The notes under the pieces were generated by a model, which did no database searches, was not told the DNA's origin, and saw only the letters and a program-made list of their open reading frames with translations. This document shows, in pieces, positions 45,324-55,617 of a DNA stretch of 64,000 nt (positions within the stretch are counted from its first letter, which is position 1; every line of letters begins with the position of its first letter). The position numbers and the translations under genes are program-made. Source of the DNA: an uncultured bacterium (GTDB lineage: Bacteria; Omnitrophota; Omnitrophia; Omnitrophales; Abzuiibacteriaceae); NCBI GenBank assembly GCA_964387845.1, contig CAYLXA010000004.1, positions 32,001 to 96,000 of the forward strand. The letters run 5' to 3'.

Positions 45324-46328
45324 ATGAAATTATCCAAATTTTTATCTATTACGATTGCGGCTTTGGTTCTCTTTCAAACGCCGCTGCAAGCAAAGGGCAA
45401 AGTAGAGCTTTTGAATGTCTCTTACGATCCGACGCGTGAGTTTTATCAAGATGTTAATCGAGCTTTTGTTCAATTTTGGGAAGCCAAAACAGGGCAGAGC
45501 GTTACCATCCGGCAATCACACGGCGGAAGCGGAAAGCAGGCGCGTTCGGTGATCGACGGACTTGAGGCCGATGTCGTCACATTAGCGCTTGCCTATGATA
45601 TTGATTCTATTGCGGAAAGAGGGAACTTGATTCCGAAGGATTGGCAGTCGCGGCTTCCAAATAACAGCTCGCCGTATACGTCGACAATCGTTTTCCTGGT
45701 CCGAAAAGGAAATCCGAAGGGCATTCGTGACTGGGATGATCTGGCAAGGCCGGGCGTTTCCGTTATCACGCCAAATCCAAAAACATCAGGCGGTGCGCGG
45801 TGGAATTACTTAGCGGCTTGGGGCTATGCACTTCAAGAATGGAAAAATGATGAGGCAAAGGCCGAGGAATTTGTGAGAGCGGTTTACAAGAATGTTCCCG
45901 TTTTGGATTCCGGTGCGCGCGGAGCGACGACAACATTCATTGAGCGCAATATCGGCGATGTTTTAATCTCATGGGAAAGTGAAGCGTATTTGGCGATTAA
46001 GAAAGTGGGTGACGGAAACTTGGAAATTGTAATGCCTTCCGCCAGCATTTTAGCGGAACCGCCTGTTACTGTGGTTGATTCTGTCGTGAGCAAGCACGGA
46101 ACCAAGGAAGTAGCGGCGGCCTATCTCGAGTTTCTTTATACGGAAGAAGCGCAGAAAATTACGGCGCAGCATTTTTTCCGACCGCGTTTAGAATCTACCC
46201 TGAAAAAATTTGGTTCATTCTTTGCGGAAATCGAAATGTTTACGATTGACGATCTCGGCGGGTGGCAAGCCGTGCAAGCAAAACATTTTTCCGACGGCGG
46301 TATTTTCGATAGGATTTACGAATCATGA
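45324..46328 (+). CDS. sbp: Sulfate/thiosulfate ABC transporter substrate-binding protein.
   Basis: [12 protein letters not shown] ... [29 protein letters not shown] is near-identical to the Sbp/CysP signature. Confidence 0.9.
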   Translation: MKLSKFLSITIAALVLFQTPLQAKGKVELLNVSYDPTREFYQDVNRAFVQFWEAKTGQSVTIRQSHGGSGKQARSVIDGLEADVVTLALAYDIDSIAERGNLIPKDWQSRLPNNSSPYTSTIVFLVRKGNPKGIRDWDDLARPGVSVITPNPKTSGGARWNYLAAWGYALQEWKNDEAKAEEFVRAVYKNVPVLDSGARGATTTFIERNIGDVLISWESEAYLAIKKVGDGNLEIVMPSASILAEPPVTVVDSVVSKHGTKEVAAAYLEFLYTEEAQKITAQHFFRPRLESTLKKFGSFFAEIEMFTIDDLGGWQAVQAKHFSDGGIFDRIYES

Positions 46329-47149
46329 AGCAAAAGAATATCTTGCCCGGCTTTGGGCTTTCGATGGGGTTTACGGTTCTTTATCTTTCGCTGATTGTGT
46401 TGATTCCGCTTTCGATGCTTTTTATTAAGACCGCTACGCTTAACTGGGAAACTTTTTGGCAGGTGATTTCGGCGAAGCGGGTCTTGGCGTCCTATCAATT
46501 AAGTTTCGCCACGGCTTTTGCGGCGGCGCTGCTCAATTCGGTATTTGGTTTTCTGGTCGCTTGGGCTCTGGTTCGGTATTCATTTCCCGGAAAAGATATG
46601 ATCGATGCGCTGGTGGATTTGCCGTTTGCGCTTCCGACGGCCGTAGCCGGCATTTCACTCACGACGGCATATGCGAGCAACGGATGGATCGGAAGGTTCT
46701 TGGAGCCGTTTGGGATCGAAGGCGCTTTTTCCCCGTTTGGGATCGTGATCGCGCTTACCTTCATCAGCCTTCCGTTTGTGGTCCGGACGGTTCAGCCGGT
46801 TCTGCAGGATTTGGATAAAGAGGTAGAGGAGGCGGCCGTGAGTTTGGGCGCTAACCGGTGGCAGATATTGACCAAGATTATTCTACCAACGGTTGTGCCT
46901 GCGCTTTTAACGGGATTTGCCATGGCATTTGCGCGCTCGCTCGGCGAATACGGTTCCGTTGTTTTTATTTCCGGGAACATGCCGTTTAAAACGGAAATTG
47001 CACCGCTTTTAATCATGACCAAACTCGAACAATACGATTATGCGGGCGCTACGGCGATTGCGGTCGTGATGCTTTTGATTTCATTTATTTTGCTGCTGAT
47101 CATTAATTTGCTCCAATGGCAGACGAGAAAGCGATACGGATTGAACTAA
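46325..47149 (+). CDS. cysT: Sulfate ABC transporter permease CysT.
   Basis: Six TM helices. ABC permease EAA-like loop. Operon context. Confidence 0.85.
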   Translation: MKQKNILPGFGLSMGFTVLYLSLIVLIPLSMLFIKTATLNWETFWQVISAKRVLASYQLSFATAFAAALLNSVFGFLVAWALVRYSFPGKDMIDALVDLPFALPTAVAGISLTTAYASNGWIGRFLEPFGIEGAFSPFGIVIALTFISLPFVVRTVQPVLQDLDKEVEEAAVSLGANRWQILTKIILPTVVPALLTGFAMAFARSLGEYGSVVFISGNMPFKTEIAPLLIMTKLEQYDYAGATAIAVVMLLISFILLLIINLLQWQTRKRYGLN

Positions 47150-48033
47150 TGGCACACGTTTTACATGCGCGTCCTTCTCAAGTTTCGAATCATGCGATCA
47201 GCGAACCGCCGGCCGTGCGGTTTATGCTGACTGCAATCGTGTTGCTTTTTCTTGCGCTTTTTTTAGCGGTTCCGCTTGCGGTTGTTTTGGCCTATGCTTT
47301 TCAAAAGGGAATCGGGCTGTATGCGCAATCAATTTTGGAGCCCGATACTTTGAGTGCAATCCGCTTAACGCTTTTAGTAGCCCTGATCAGCGTTCCGATT
47401 AATACAGTTTTTGGTGTTGCGGCGGCCTGGGCAATTGCCAAGTTTGATTTTAGGGGGAAAAATATTCTGCTCACATTGATTGATTTGCCGTTTTCCGTAT
47501 CGCCTGTTATTGCCGGCATGATCTATGCGTTGCTTTTCGGAACGCATAGCTGGCTTGGAAGCTGGCTTTTGGCGCACAATATAAAAATTATCTTCGCAAT
47601 ACCGGGAATTGTGCTGTCGACGCTCTTTGTTACATTTCCGTTTGTCGCGCGCGAGCTGATTCCGCTCATGCAGGCGCAGGGCAATGAAGATGAGGAAGCT
47701 GCGCTGACGCTGGGCGCAAGCGGACTCCAGACATTTTTCCGGATTACGCTTCCGAATATTAAGTGGGGCCTCATTTATGGCGTCATTTTATGCAATGCGC
47801 GTGCGATGGGTGAATTCGGCGCCGTTTCGGTTGTTTCCGGCCATATCCGGGGGCTTACGAATACGATGCCGCTCCATATCGAGATTCTCTACAACGAGTA
47901 TAACTTTACAGCTGCTTTCGCCGTATCATCCTTATTGGTCGCGCTGGCGGTTGTGACTTTGGTGATTAAGCGGCTTGTCGAATGGAAGGCCGTAAAGGAC
48001 GTGAAAGTATCGGGAGAGATTTATGAGTATTGA
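47116..48033 (+). CDS. cysW: Sulfate ABC transporter permease CysW. The true start is probably downstream of the ORF-track start.
   Basis: Permease fold. Operon context. Confidence 0.8.
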   Translation: MADEKAIRIELMAHVLHARPSQVSNHAISEPPAVRFMLTAIVLLFLALFLAVPLAVVLAYAFQKGIGLYAQSILEPDTLSAIRLTLLVALISVPINTVFGVAAAWAIAKFDFRGKNILLTLIDLPFSVSPVIAGMIYALLFGTHSWLGSWLLAHNIKIIFAIPGIVLSTLFVTFPFVARELIPLMQAQGNEDEEAALTLGASGLQTFFRITLPNIKWGLIYGVILCNARAMGEFGAVSVVSGHIRGLTNTMPLHIEILYNEYNFTAAFAVSSLLVALAVVTLVIKRLVEWKAVKDVKVSGEIYEY

Positions 48034-49087
48034 AATTAAAAATGTAACGAGGGCTTTCGGTGATTTTAAAGCCGTGCGGGATGTGAGTCTTCATATTCCG
48101 ACCGGAGAGCTCGTGGCGCTGATGGGACCCTCGGGATCCGGAAAAACGACCTTGCTCCGGATGATCGCAGGGCTTGAAACGCCGGATTCCGGCAGTGTTT
48201 TATTCCAGGGCAAAGACGCGACGGATCGCCATGTACGGGACCGCAACGTAGGTTTTGTTTTTCAGCATTACGCGCTCTTTAAACATATGACTGTTTTCGA
48301 AAACGTAGCGTTCGGCCTTCGCGTGCGCCCTAAAAAAGTCCGCCCGTCAGATGCCGAGATTAAGAAAAAGGTCGACGAACTTTTAAAGCTCGTGCTGTTG
48401 GAACGCATGGCAAACCGGTATCCGTCACAGCTTTCGGGCGGGCAGCGCCAGCGTGTCGCTTTGGCCCGGGCGCTTGCCGTGGAGCCGAATGTTTTACTGC
48501 TGGATGAGCCGTTTGGCGCGCTGGATGCAAAAGTCCGCAAAGAGCTCAGGCGATGGCTGAGGCGGTTGCACGACAACCTTCACGTGACGAGTGTTTTTGT
48601 GACGCACGATCAGGAAGAAGCGCTTGAAGTGGCGGACCGAGTTGTTGTTATGAATGAAGGGAAAATTGAACAGACCGGTACGCCGGATGACGTGTATCAC
48701 CATCCGGCCAATTCGTTTGTGTATCATTTCTTGGGCCACGTCAATTTATTCCACGGCCGCGTGGAGGGCAATAAGGCTTACGTCGGCGATATGCCGATTG
48801 AACTTCCGAAAAACGCGAAGCCCGATGTCAAATCTGCCAATATTTATGTCCGCCCGCACGAACTGGATATTGATAAGAATCCGGGCCCGAGCAGTTTTCG
48901 GGCCAAGATTGTCTATCTCAATACAGCCGGCAGCGCCGTACAGGTAGAGCTGACGAGCGATGCCGCAGAATCACTGAGCGTGATTATTTCGCACGAACGT
49001 TACCGAGAACTCGCGATCAAAAAAGGCGACGAGGTCTTCATCCGCCCCAAAGACATCAAAACCTTCCCCGAAGATTTCTCTATCTAA
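48023..49087 (+). CDS. cysA: Sulfate ABC transporter ATP-binding protein CysA.
   Basis: Walker [26 protein letters not shown]-terminal TOBE domain. Confidence 0.9.
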   Translation: MSIEIKNVTRAFGDFKAVRDVSLHIPTGELVALMGPSGSGKTTLLRMIAGLETPDSGSVLFQGKDATDRHVRDRNVGFVFQHYALFKHMTVFENVAFGLRVRPKKVRPSDAEIKKKVDELLKLVLLERMANRYPSQLSGGQRQRVALARALAVEPNVLLLDEPFGALDAKVRKELRRWLRRLHDNLHVTSVFVTHDQEEALEVADRVVVMNEGKIEQTGTPDDVYHHPANSFVYHFLGHVNLFHGRVEGNKAYVGDMPIELPKNAKPDVKSANIYVRPHELDIDKNPGPSSFRAKIVYLNTAGSAVQVELTSDAAESLSVIISHERYRELAIKKGDEVFIRPKDIKTFPEDFSI

Positions 49088-49253
49088 GCTTTGAAGAAGC
49101 CCTCCGCTCAATGGATTCACCGTGAGAAATCTATTCACTCCGGCATTGGAACACCTTCCGCTCAAAACGTCGCAGTCATCGGCTTTCCAATGCCTCCGCA
49201 CATGATTTCTCTCTCGCGAATCCAATTCGCCTCGGCGCTTCTTCAAGGCTTTT
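49086..49253. mobile_element. MITE-like element, copy 2 (about 168 bp). Same terminal inverted repeats as copy 1, with an internal deletion.
   Basis: aagctttgaagaagc ... gcttcttcaaggcttt. Immediately after the cysA stop. Confidence 0.7.
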
Positions 49254-49278
49254 GGAAATACGGGAAGAACCTCCTATT

Positions 49279-49420
49279 GCGAGAGCGGCGTCGAGAGAAC
49301 GAGCTTCAGGTCGAAGCGAGTGAACGAGCCGCAGTGAGCACGGCAATTTTTGCTTAGCCGGTTGGGCTAAAAATTGTCGGGCGGAACGTAGCGACGCAAT
49401 GGGAGGTTCTGACCGGTGAT
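49279..49420 (+). ncRNA. Copy C of the three-copy structured intergenic module.
   Basis: gagagcggcgtcgagagaacgag ... gagtgaacgagccgcagtgagcacg ... hairpin caatttttgcttagcc..gggctaaaaattg ... cgtagcgacgcaa. Confidence 0.4.
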
Positions 49421-49487
49421 TTTCTGACAATAATTAGCACAGGTTACAATGACGGAAGGCGCTTGACAGGTTTGTTATACTGACGGC

Positions 49488-49766
49488 ATGAAACTAAGTA
49501 CCAAGAAAATAGCGATGGTTTTGATTGCCTGCCTGGTTTTGGCCGGTTTTGGGCTTTCATTTTTCCACCACCATGAAGACGGCGGCGAGCATCACGATTG
49601 CGTTGTTTGCTATTTTACACAAGCCGTCCGAGCCCTTTCTGTTTTGACGGCTGTTTTCCTGATCGGGCTTGTGTTTGCTTATTTTCTTTCTTTTGAGAAA
49701 CAGTCTTTCACACAAACTCTTCTACCATCATCACTTCTTGCACGCGCTCCTCCGGTTCTCTCCTAA
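49488..49766 (+). CDS. Small His/Cys-rich membrane protein (FHHHEDGGEHHDCVVC), possibly metal-binding.
   Basis: One TM helix, a His-rich motif, a second TM helix. Upstream of the metal ABC genes. Confidence 0.4.
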   Translation: MKLSTKKIAMVLIACLVLAGFGLSFFHHHEDGGEHHDCVVCYFTQAVRALSVLTAVFLIGLVFAYFLSFEKQSFTQTLLPSSLLARAPPVLS

Positions 49767-49809
49767 TTAAAATTTCTCACTAAAATTTTTAATTCAGGAG
49801 GATTTTGTC

Positions 49810-51138
49810 ATGCGGAAACTATCCGCTCTTATTATGGTTGTATTCTGTTTTTTCTGCTTTGCAAAATGTAAAGAAGCCCGTGCAAGCGAAGCGCTTCTCA
49901 CAGCGCTTCAGGAACAGGTGACGGGCTTGAGCGATTTGGTCAAGTCGCTTCAAACTACCGTTCAAAGTCAAAGTAAGCTCATCGAATCTCAAGGAGCCAA
50001 AATTGTTTATTTGGAGGGATCTCTTGAGAAAGGTGCTGCGCTTCCGAAACCTGCTTCTGAACCTGCCGGAGCGCCCAAAATGAGCGGCCTGTCGCAGGGG
50101 CTGAATCCTGAGATCGGCCTTGTGGCATCGATTCAGGCCAATTCGACCGAAAGCACCGAAGACGGCGAAGGAAACGATACCATTGCGCTCAAAGAGGCCG
50201 AGCTGTCAATTTCGCAGTACGTTGACCCCTTTTCCCGTTTGGACGGCATTATTGCGTTTAACGACAATTTAGAAGAGCAAAATGTCGATGTGGAAGAGCT
50301 TTATTACACGCACTGGGGGATTCCGCTCGGGTTTCGCGGGCAAATCGGAAAATTCCGGTCCAAAATCGGAAAGACCAATTTGCTGCATTCTCACCAACTC
50401 GATACCGTGGATTATCCGCTCGTGATCCGTGATTTCTTCGGTGAACATGGTTTGTCATCATCTGGCGCGCGGCTTCAGAACATGATTCCGAATCCGTTCG
50501 ACATTCCGATCGAAGTGACAGGCGAAATTCTGCGCGGCAATAACGGCACAAGCTTCTCAGGTGTTTCACGCCGGCCGATTTTTAATTCTCATGTCAGTAC
50601 GTTCTTCCAAACCTCCGAGAATACGAACCTCGAAGTTGGCGGAACGGCGATCTTCGGCGATGAAAATCCCGCCGTTATCGAGTATGACGGAGAATCGGAT
50701 GTGCTTTTGGATCCCGAGATTCCGGAAGCCGGGAGCGATAAGTACGGTGTCCGGGTATTCGGCGCCGATGCGACTTTTAAATGGGATTTGCCCGAAGGAA
50801 GGTCTATTAAGTGGCAGAATGAAATTTATTTTCAAAACCGGGGTTCGAATACGCGCCATGCAAATTTGTTTCCGTGGGGATTTTATTCTTTAATCGATCA
50901 CCGGCTGTCAAAGCGTTTTAGTGTTGGATTGCGGGTTGATTATGTAGAGCCGCTTGATTTTGTCGATCATGACACTGTTGGCGTCTCGCCCTACATTACA
51001 TTTTGGCAAAGTGAATTTGCGAATTTTCGGCTTCAATATTCGTACACCAAACCAGCAGACGGAGCTTTGGAGCCTAATAACGAAGTGTTTTTAAAGGCAA
51101 ACGTCTTGATTGGCGCACATCGGCATCCGGTGCAGTAA
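49810..51138 (+). CDS. Putative outer-membrane beta-barrel / porin-like protein with an N-terminal coiled-coil.
   Basis: Signal peptide. Coiled-coil LTALQEQVTGLSDLVKSLQ. Alternating beta-strand pattern. Same architecture as the 57619-59151 porin. Confidence 0.45.
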   Translation: MRKLSALIMVVFCFFCFAKCKEARASEALLTALQEQVTGLSDLVKSLQTTVQSQSKLIESQGAKIVYLEGSLEKGAALPKPASEPAGAPKMSGLSQGLNPEIGLVASIQANSTESTEDGEGNDTIALKEAELSISQYVDPFSRLDGIIAFNDNLEEQNVDVEELYYTHWGIPLGFRGQIGKFRSKIGKTNLLHSHQLDTVDYPLVIRDFFGEHGLSSSGARLQNMIPNPFDIPIEVTGEILRGNNGTSFSGVSRRPIFNSHVSTFFQTSENTNLEVGGTAIFGDENPAVIEYDGESDVLLDPEIPEAGSDKYGVRVFGADATFKWDLPEGRSIKWQNEIYFQNRGSNTRHANLFPWGFYSLIDHRLSKRFSVGLRVDYVEPLDFVDHDTVGVSPYITFWQSEFANFRLQYSYTKPADGALEPNNEVFLKANVLIGAHRHPVQ

Positions 51139-51232
51139 TATCAAATTTCAAATATCAAATATCAAAATTCTGAATTTGAGATTGAGTATTGGAATTTGTT
51201 TTATATTTTGATATTTGGATTTTGATATTAAA
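51139..51232. repeat. AT-rich inverted heptad-repeat element, copy 4 of 4.
   Basis: atatcaaatttcaaatatcaaatatcaaaattc ... ttttatattttgatatttggattttgatatt. Confidence 0.6.
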
Positions 51233-51245
51233 CTTTGGAGAGAGT

Positions 51246-52184
51246 ATGGTATTCAAAAAAAGCGCTGTAGTTGCAATGATTCTTGTATGCTGCGTGTTTC
51301 AGCCAAAATCGGTTGCTGCTGCCGATAAAATTCGGATTGTCGCGACCACCAGCACGATCGCGAGCCTCGCGCAAGAAATTACGGGCGGCTTGGCGGATAT
51401 CCACTATGTGGCATCCGCCAAGCGCGATGTTCATTTTGCGGCGCCCAATCCAAAAGATGTCTTGAAGGTCAAAAAGGCCGATGTGTTTATCCACGGAGGC
51501 CTTGATCTAGAGGTTTGGCGCCAGCCGCTTCTGGATGCGGCGGGCAATCCGGCGTTTTTGGGCAATCAAGAAAGAGCCATTGATGTATCGAGGGGAATTC
51601 GGCTTTTGGAAGTTCCCGAAACTCTTTCGAGGGCCGAAGGCGATATCCATGTTTTCGGAAATCCGCATTATTGGCTCGATCCACACAATGCCAAAATCAT
51701 GGCGGACAATATCGCCGAGAAATTATCGCAGATTTTTCCCCAACATCAGGATCGGTTTCGGGAAAATCTCGGGCAATTTCATAACAGGCTTGATGAAAAG
51801 CTGCGCAGTTGGAAGGCGCGTATGGCACCGTTTCAGAACACGACTGTGATCGTATATCACAAGAGCTGGCCCTACTTTGCTGATCGTTACGGATTGACAA
51901 TTATTGGTGAAATCGAGCCAAAGCCCGGCATTCCGCCTAGCGCCAAGCACATCGGCATGCTTCTGAAAATGATTCCTCAAGAGCGTGTACAGTTGATTAT
52001 CACAGAATCGTTCCGCGACAGCAGTGTGACTAAGAAAATTTCAAAAGAAACCGGCATTCCGGTCGTCACTCTCGCCCAAGCGGTAGGAGAGAATGAGCGA
52101 TCAAGTGATTATTTGACTATGATGGAGCATAACATTTGGTTGGTTGAAGAAGCGTTAACGCGACAAGGAGACCGTCATGCTTGA
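51246..52184 (+). CDS. Metal (Zn/Mn) ABC transporter substrate-binding protein, ZnuA/TroA family.
   Basis: The start was moved to the ATG after GGAGAG. Signal peptide. DIHVFGNPHYWLDPHNAK metal-site motif. Confidence 0.75.
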   Translation: MVFKKSAVVAMILVCCVFQPKSVAAADKIRIVATTSTIASLAQEITGGLADIHYVASAKRDVHFAAPNPKDVLKVKKADVFIHGGLDLEVWRQPLLDAAGNPAFLGNQERAIDVSRGIRLLEVPETLSRAEGDIHVFGNPHYWLDPHNAKIMADNIAEKLSQIFPQHQDRFRENLGQFHNRLDEKLRSWKARMAPFQNTTVIVYHKSWPYFADRYGLTIIGEIEPKPGIPPSAKHIGMLLKMIPQERVQLIITESFRDSSVTKKISKETGIPVVTLAQAVGENERSSDYLTMMEHNIWLVEEALTRQGDRHA

Positions 52185-52992
52185 TTTTTTACTGCTCATG
52201 TGGAAGCCGTTTTTGGCTTGCCTAATCTTGACGGGAATTCATGCCTATCTCGGCATTCATGTGATTGAGCGTAAAATCATTTTTGTAGATTTATCGCTTG
52301 CACAAATTGCAGCGCTCGGCGCTACGGTTGCGATTTTATTCGGATTTGATTTGCACGGAATCGCTGTTTATGGGTTTTCACTGGCTGCTACTTTCATCGG
52401 AGCGATTGTATTTGCTTTGACGCGGACTCGTAAAGAGAAAATTCCGCAGGAAGCGATTATCGGTATTGTATACGCCGTTTCGGCCGCGCTTGCGATTTTA
52501 ATTTTAAGCCATGCCCCGGAAGGCGATGAACACATCCGCCATATGCTGGTCGGAAATATTTTACTAGTCACTTCGCCGGAAATTCTGAAGATGTTGATTT
52601 TATATAGCGCAGTCGGGATTTTACATTGGAAGTTTCGTGAAAGATTTTTATTAATTTCAACCCGGCCGGAAGAAGCCTATCGGCAAAAAATTCCGGTTAA
52701 GCTGTGGGACCTTCTGTTTTACCTCAGCTTCGGCCTTGTTGTAACAAGTTCCGTACAAATCGCCGGAGTGTTGCTGGTATTTTCATTTTTGATAGTGCCG
52801 GCTGTCATTGCGATGTTATTTTCAGATCAGGTTGCCAAACGGTTGTGGATTGGCTGGCTGGCGGGAGCTTTCACGAGTCTTGCGGGAATCGCGTTGTCTT
52901 ACTTTGCTGATTTGCCAACGGGCGCGACCGTGGTTTGCGCTTTTGGAGCCGTTCTTTTGGCCGCCTCACTGATCAAGACGATAAAATTTTAA
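52177..52992 (+). CDS. Metal ABC transporter permease, ZnuB-like.
   Basis: Eight TM helices. Operon with the substrate-binding protein. No adjacent ATPase. Confidence 0.75.
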   Translation: MLDFLLLMWKPFLACLILTGIHAYLGIHVIERKIIFVDLSLAQIAALGATVAILFGFDLHGIAVYGFSLAATFIGAIVFALTRTRKEKIPQEAIIGIVYAVSAALAILILSHAPEGDEHIRHMLVGNILLVTSPEILKMLILYSAVGILHWKFRERFLLISTRPEEAYRQKIPVKLWDLLFYLSFGLVVTSSVQIAGVLLVFSFLIVPAVIAMLFSDQVAKRLWIGWLAGAFTSLAGIALSYFADLPTGATVVCAFGAVLLAASLIKTIKF

Positions 52993-53651
52993 ACTTCTTC
53001 GATATGGTGGCGGACTTCTTTGCCTTGTTTGATGTAGATCACATCTTCGGCAATATTGTTGGCAAGGTCGGCGATGCGCTCTAAATTATGGCCGATCATG
53101 ATCAGACTCGTTCCGGTCTTGATCACGGACGCATCCTTCTCCATCAAACGCTCAACCTGAACATACAAGCCGTCATTGTAGGCATCCACTTCGTCATCGC
53201 GTTTCAAAACACTCCGAGCGAGCTGGGCATCGCCGTTTACAAATGAATCAAGCGCGTCTTTCACCATTTTTTGCGCGGCGCTGGCCATTTCCGGAAGGTG
53301 AATGTTCATGCGGATCGGCGGCTCTTTAATCATCATCAAAACGCGTTCTGCGATATTGACCGCATGATCGCCCATGCGTTCCAAATCGGTGTTAATTTTG
53401 AGAACCATCGTAATCATACGAAGATCAACCGCCATCGGCTGGCCGAGGGCTAAAAGGCTGTGGCCCTTGTCATCAATATCAATTTCGAGCTGGTTGATTA
53501 TTTTTTCCTCCTCGAAAACCAACTCTGCTAATTCGCCGTTTCGGTTCAAAAGGGAATTGATGGCTTTATCGATTGCGGATTCCACGCGAAGCCCCATCTT
53601 GAGAAGCATTTGCCGAAGGTCTTTTAACTCTTCATGAAAATGTCGTTCCAT
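52989..53651 (-). CDS. phoU: Phosphate transport system regulator PhoU.
   Basis: Two PhoU repeats (DxxxD...E motifs). Downstream of pstB. Confidence 0.85.
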   Translation of the reverse strand: MERHFHEELKDLRQMLLKMGLRVESAIDKAINSLLNRNGELAELVFEEEKIINQLEIDIDDKGHSLLALGQPMAVDLRMITMVLKINTDLERMGDHAVNIAERVLMMIKEPPIRMNIHLPEMASAAQKMVKDALDSFVNGDAQLARSVLKRDDEVDAYNDGLYVQVERLMEKDASVIKTGTSLIMIGHNLERIADLANNIAEDVIYIKQGKEVRHHIEEV

Positions 53652-53752
53652 GACGTTCCTTTCTTTAAGGTAGCCCCGCGCTCATCCAACGACTTTGAAA
53701 TTAGATTCGCTGGGGCGGGTGATGAGAGAGCATATTAAAATTATGGTTCTCA

Positions 53753-54631
53753 TCACCCGAACCTGCCGGTAATGTAATCTTCAGTTTCTTTTCGGCCGGG
53801 CGCCGTAAATATAATTTTGGTCTCGTTATATTCAATCAGCTTGCCAAGATACAAATAAGCCGTCTGGTCGCTGACGCGCGCCGCTTGCTGCATATTATGC
53901 GTTACAATCACGATTGTATACTGCTTTTTGAGTTCCTGAATGAGTTCCTCAATTTTCGCAGTCGAAATCGGATCCAAAGCGGAGCACGGCTCGTCCATCA
54001 AAAGAATCTCCGGTTCGACGGCGAGTGCGCGTGCAATGCAAAGCCGCTGCTGCTGGCCGCCCGATAGTCCGGTGCCGGCTTTTGTGAGATTATCCTTCAC
54101 CTCATCCCAAAGTGCAGTTCTGCGCAGGCAGCTCTCGACAATTTCATCAAACTGTGATTTTTTACCGCTTCGGTTGAGCTTTAAGCCCGCGATGACATTG
54201 TCATAAACCGACATGGTGGGGAATGGATTCGGCTTTTGAAATACCATGCCGATTTTGCGGCGGATGATCACGGGATCCGCGCCGGGCCTATAAATATCTT
54301 TTCCATCGACGATAATTTTTCCCTCTACGCGGGCGCCCGGAATGGTTTCGTGCATCCGGTTGATACAGCGGATAAACGTTGATTTGCCGCAGCCCGATGG
54401 GCCTATTAAAGCGGTAACCGAAAAGGGCGGCATATCCATTGAAATACCGTGGACTGCCTGCGTTTGCCCGTAATACGCGTTCAGATTTTTAACCTGAACC
54501 GCAGGCGGTTGATCGGACGCTGGCGAATGCCTATCTCGGGCGTCAATTGCAGGTAATTTCAAGTTATCTCCGATTGCTTTTGTTTCAGAAGTTGCAGGCT
54601 GTTCCATTATTTTTTCATGAACGGTTACCAT
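53753..54631 (-). CDS. pstB: Phosphate ABC transporter ATP-binding protein PstB.
   Basis: Walker [26 protein letters not shown]-terminal extension of about 40 aa. Confidence 0.9.
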   Translation of the reverse strand: MVTVHEKIMEQPATSETKAIGDNLKLPAIDARDRHSPASDQPPAVQVKNLNAYYGQTQAVHGISMDMPPFSVTALIGPSGCGKSTFIRCINRMHETIPGARVEGKIIVDGKDIYRPGADPVIIRRKIGMVFQKPNPFPTMSVYDNVIAGLKLNRSGKKSQFDEIVESCLRRTALWDEVKDNLTKAGTGLSGGQQQRLCIARALAVEPEILLMDEPCSALDPISTAKIEELIQELKKQYTIVIVTHNMQQAARVSDQTAYLYLGKLIEYNETKIIFTAPGRKETEDYITGRFG

Positions 54632-54763
54632 TTTACATGACCACTTTCTAATTTCAAGGTTTACTAAAATACGGCATCTTCCGAGGAACGAAGGGAGGCG
54701 ACGTTCCCCGGGAAGATGGCCGATCTGGAAAGAGTGTCAAAAGGCCAACACCCTTCCGCCGTC

Positions 54764-55615
54764 TCATTTCGAGACAGCAAATTTCTTGGCAATGACCAGT
54801 CTTGCTAAAATATTGGTTAAAAAAACAAGGGAAATCAAAACCAGCGCGCCTGCCCACGCCTGTCGGTGCCAATCATCAAAAGGTGAAATGGCGTATGTGA
54901 ACACCTGCAACGGCAAAGCCGCAATGGGTTCCAAAAGGCCGCGGTTCCAATAATGATTGCCGAGCGCCGTGAACAGAAGAGGCGCGGTTTCACCCGCCAC
55001 GCGCGAAAGCGACACAATAACGCCGGTCAAAACGCCGGAGGCCGCGGTTTTGAGTACAATGCTTAAAGTGGTTCTCCATTTTGGAATTCCGAGCGCCAGC
55101 GCCGCTTCTCGCAGTGAATTTGGAACCAAACGCAGAACTTCTTCGGTGGCGCGAACGATGACAGGGATCATCATGACGCCAAGCGCAATTCCGCCTGCCA
55201 ACGCTGAGAAGGTTTTCATACGCGCCACAATCAATATGTAAACAAAAATTCCGTAAACGATGGATGGAATTCCGCTCATAATGTCGGTAATGAAACGAAT
55301 GACCCACGCAAATTGTTTGTTGCTGTATTCCGATAAATAAATCCCGGTTCCGATTCCGATCGGAAGCCCGATACAAGAAGCAATCCCCACTAAAATCAGC
55401 GTTCCGACAATCGCATTTGCCATGCCGCCGCCGGGTTCGCCGACCGGTTTCGGCAAATGCGTAAAGAAATCAAGATTCACCGAGGACAATCCTTGAGAAA
55501 GAAGCTGAGCCAAAATACTGAACAAGGGCACCAGAACGATAGCCGCCGTTGCAATAAATGTAACGCCGAGTACCAGACTTTTGATTTTTCTGATTTGGTA
55601 GCTTTTCTCACGCAT
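54764..55615 (-). CDS. pstA: Phosphate ABC transporter permease PstA. The start was placed at the internal ATG adjacent to the pstC stop.
   Basis: Permease fold. Operon context. Confidence 0.8.
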   Translation of the reverse strand: MREKSYQIRKIKSLVLGVTFIATAAIVLVPLFSILAQLLSQGLSSVNLDFFTHLPKPVGEPGGGMANAIVGTLILVGIASCIGLPIGIGTGIYLSEYSNKQFAWVIRFITDIMSGIPSIVYGIFVYILIVARMKTFSALAGGIALGVMMIPVIVRATEEVLRLVPNSLREAALALGIPKWRTTLSIVLKTAASGVLTGVIVSLSRVAGETAPLLFTALGNHYWNRGLLEPIAALPLQVFTYAISPFDDWHRQAWAGALVLISLVFLTNILARLVIAKKFAVSK

Positions 55616-55617
55616 AT

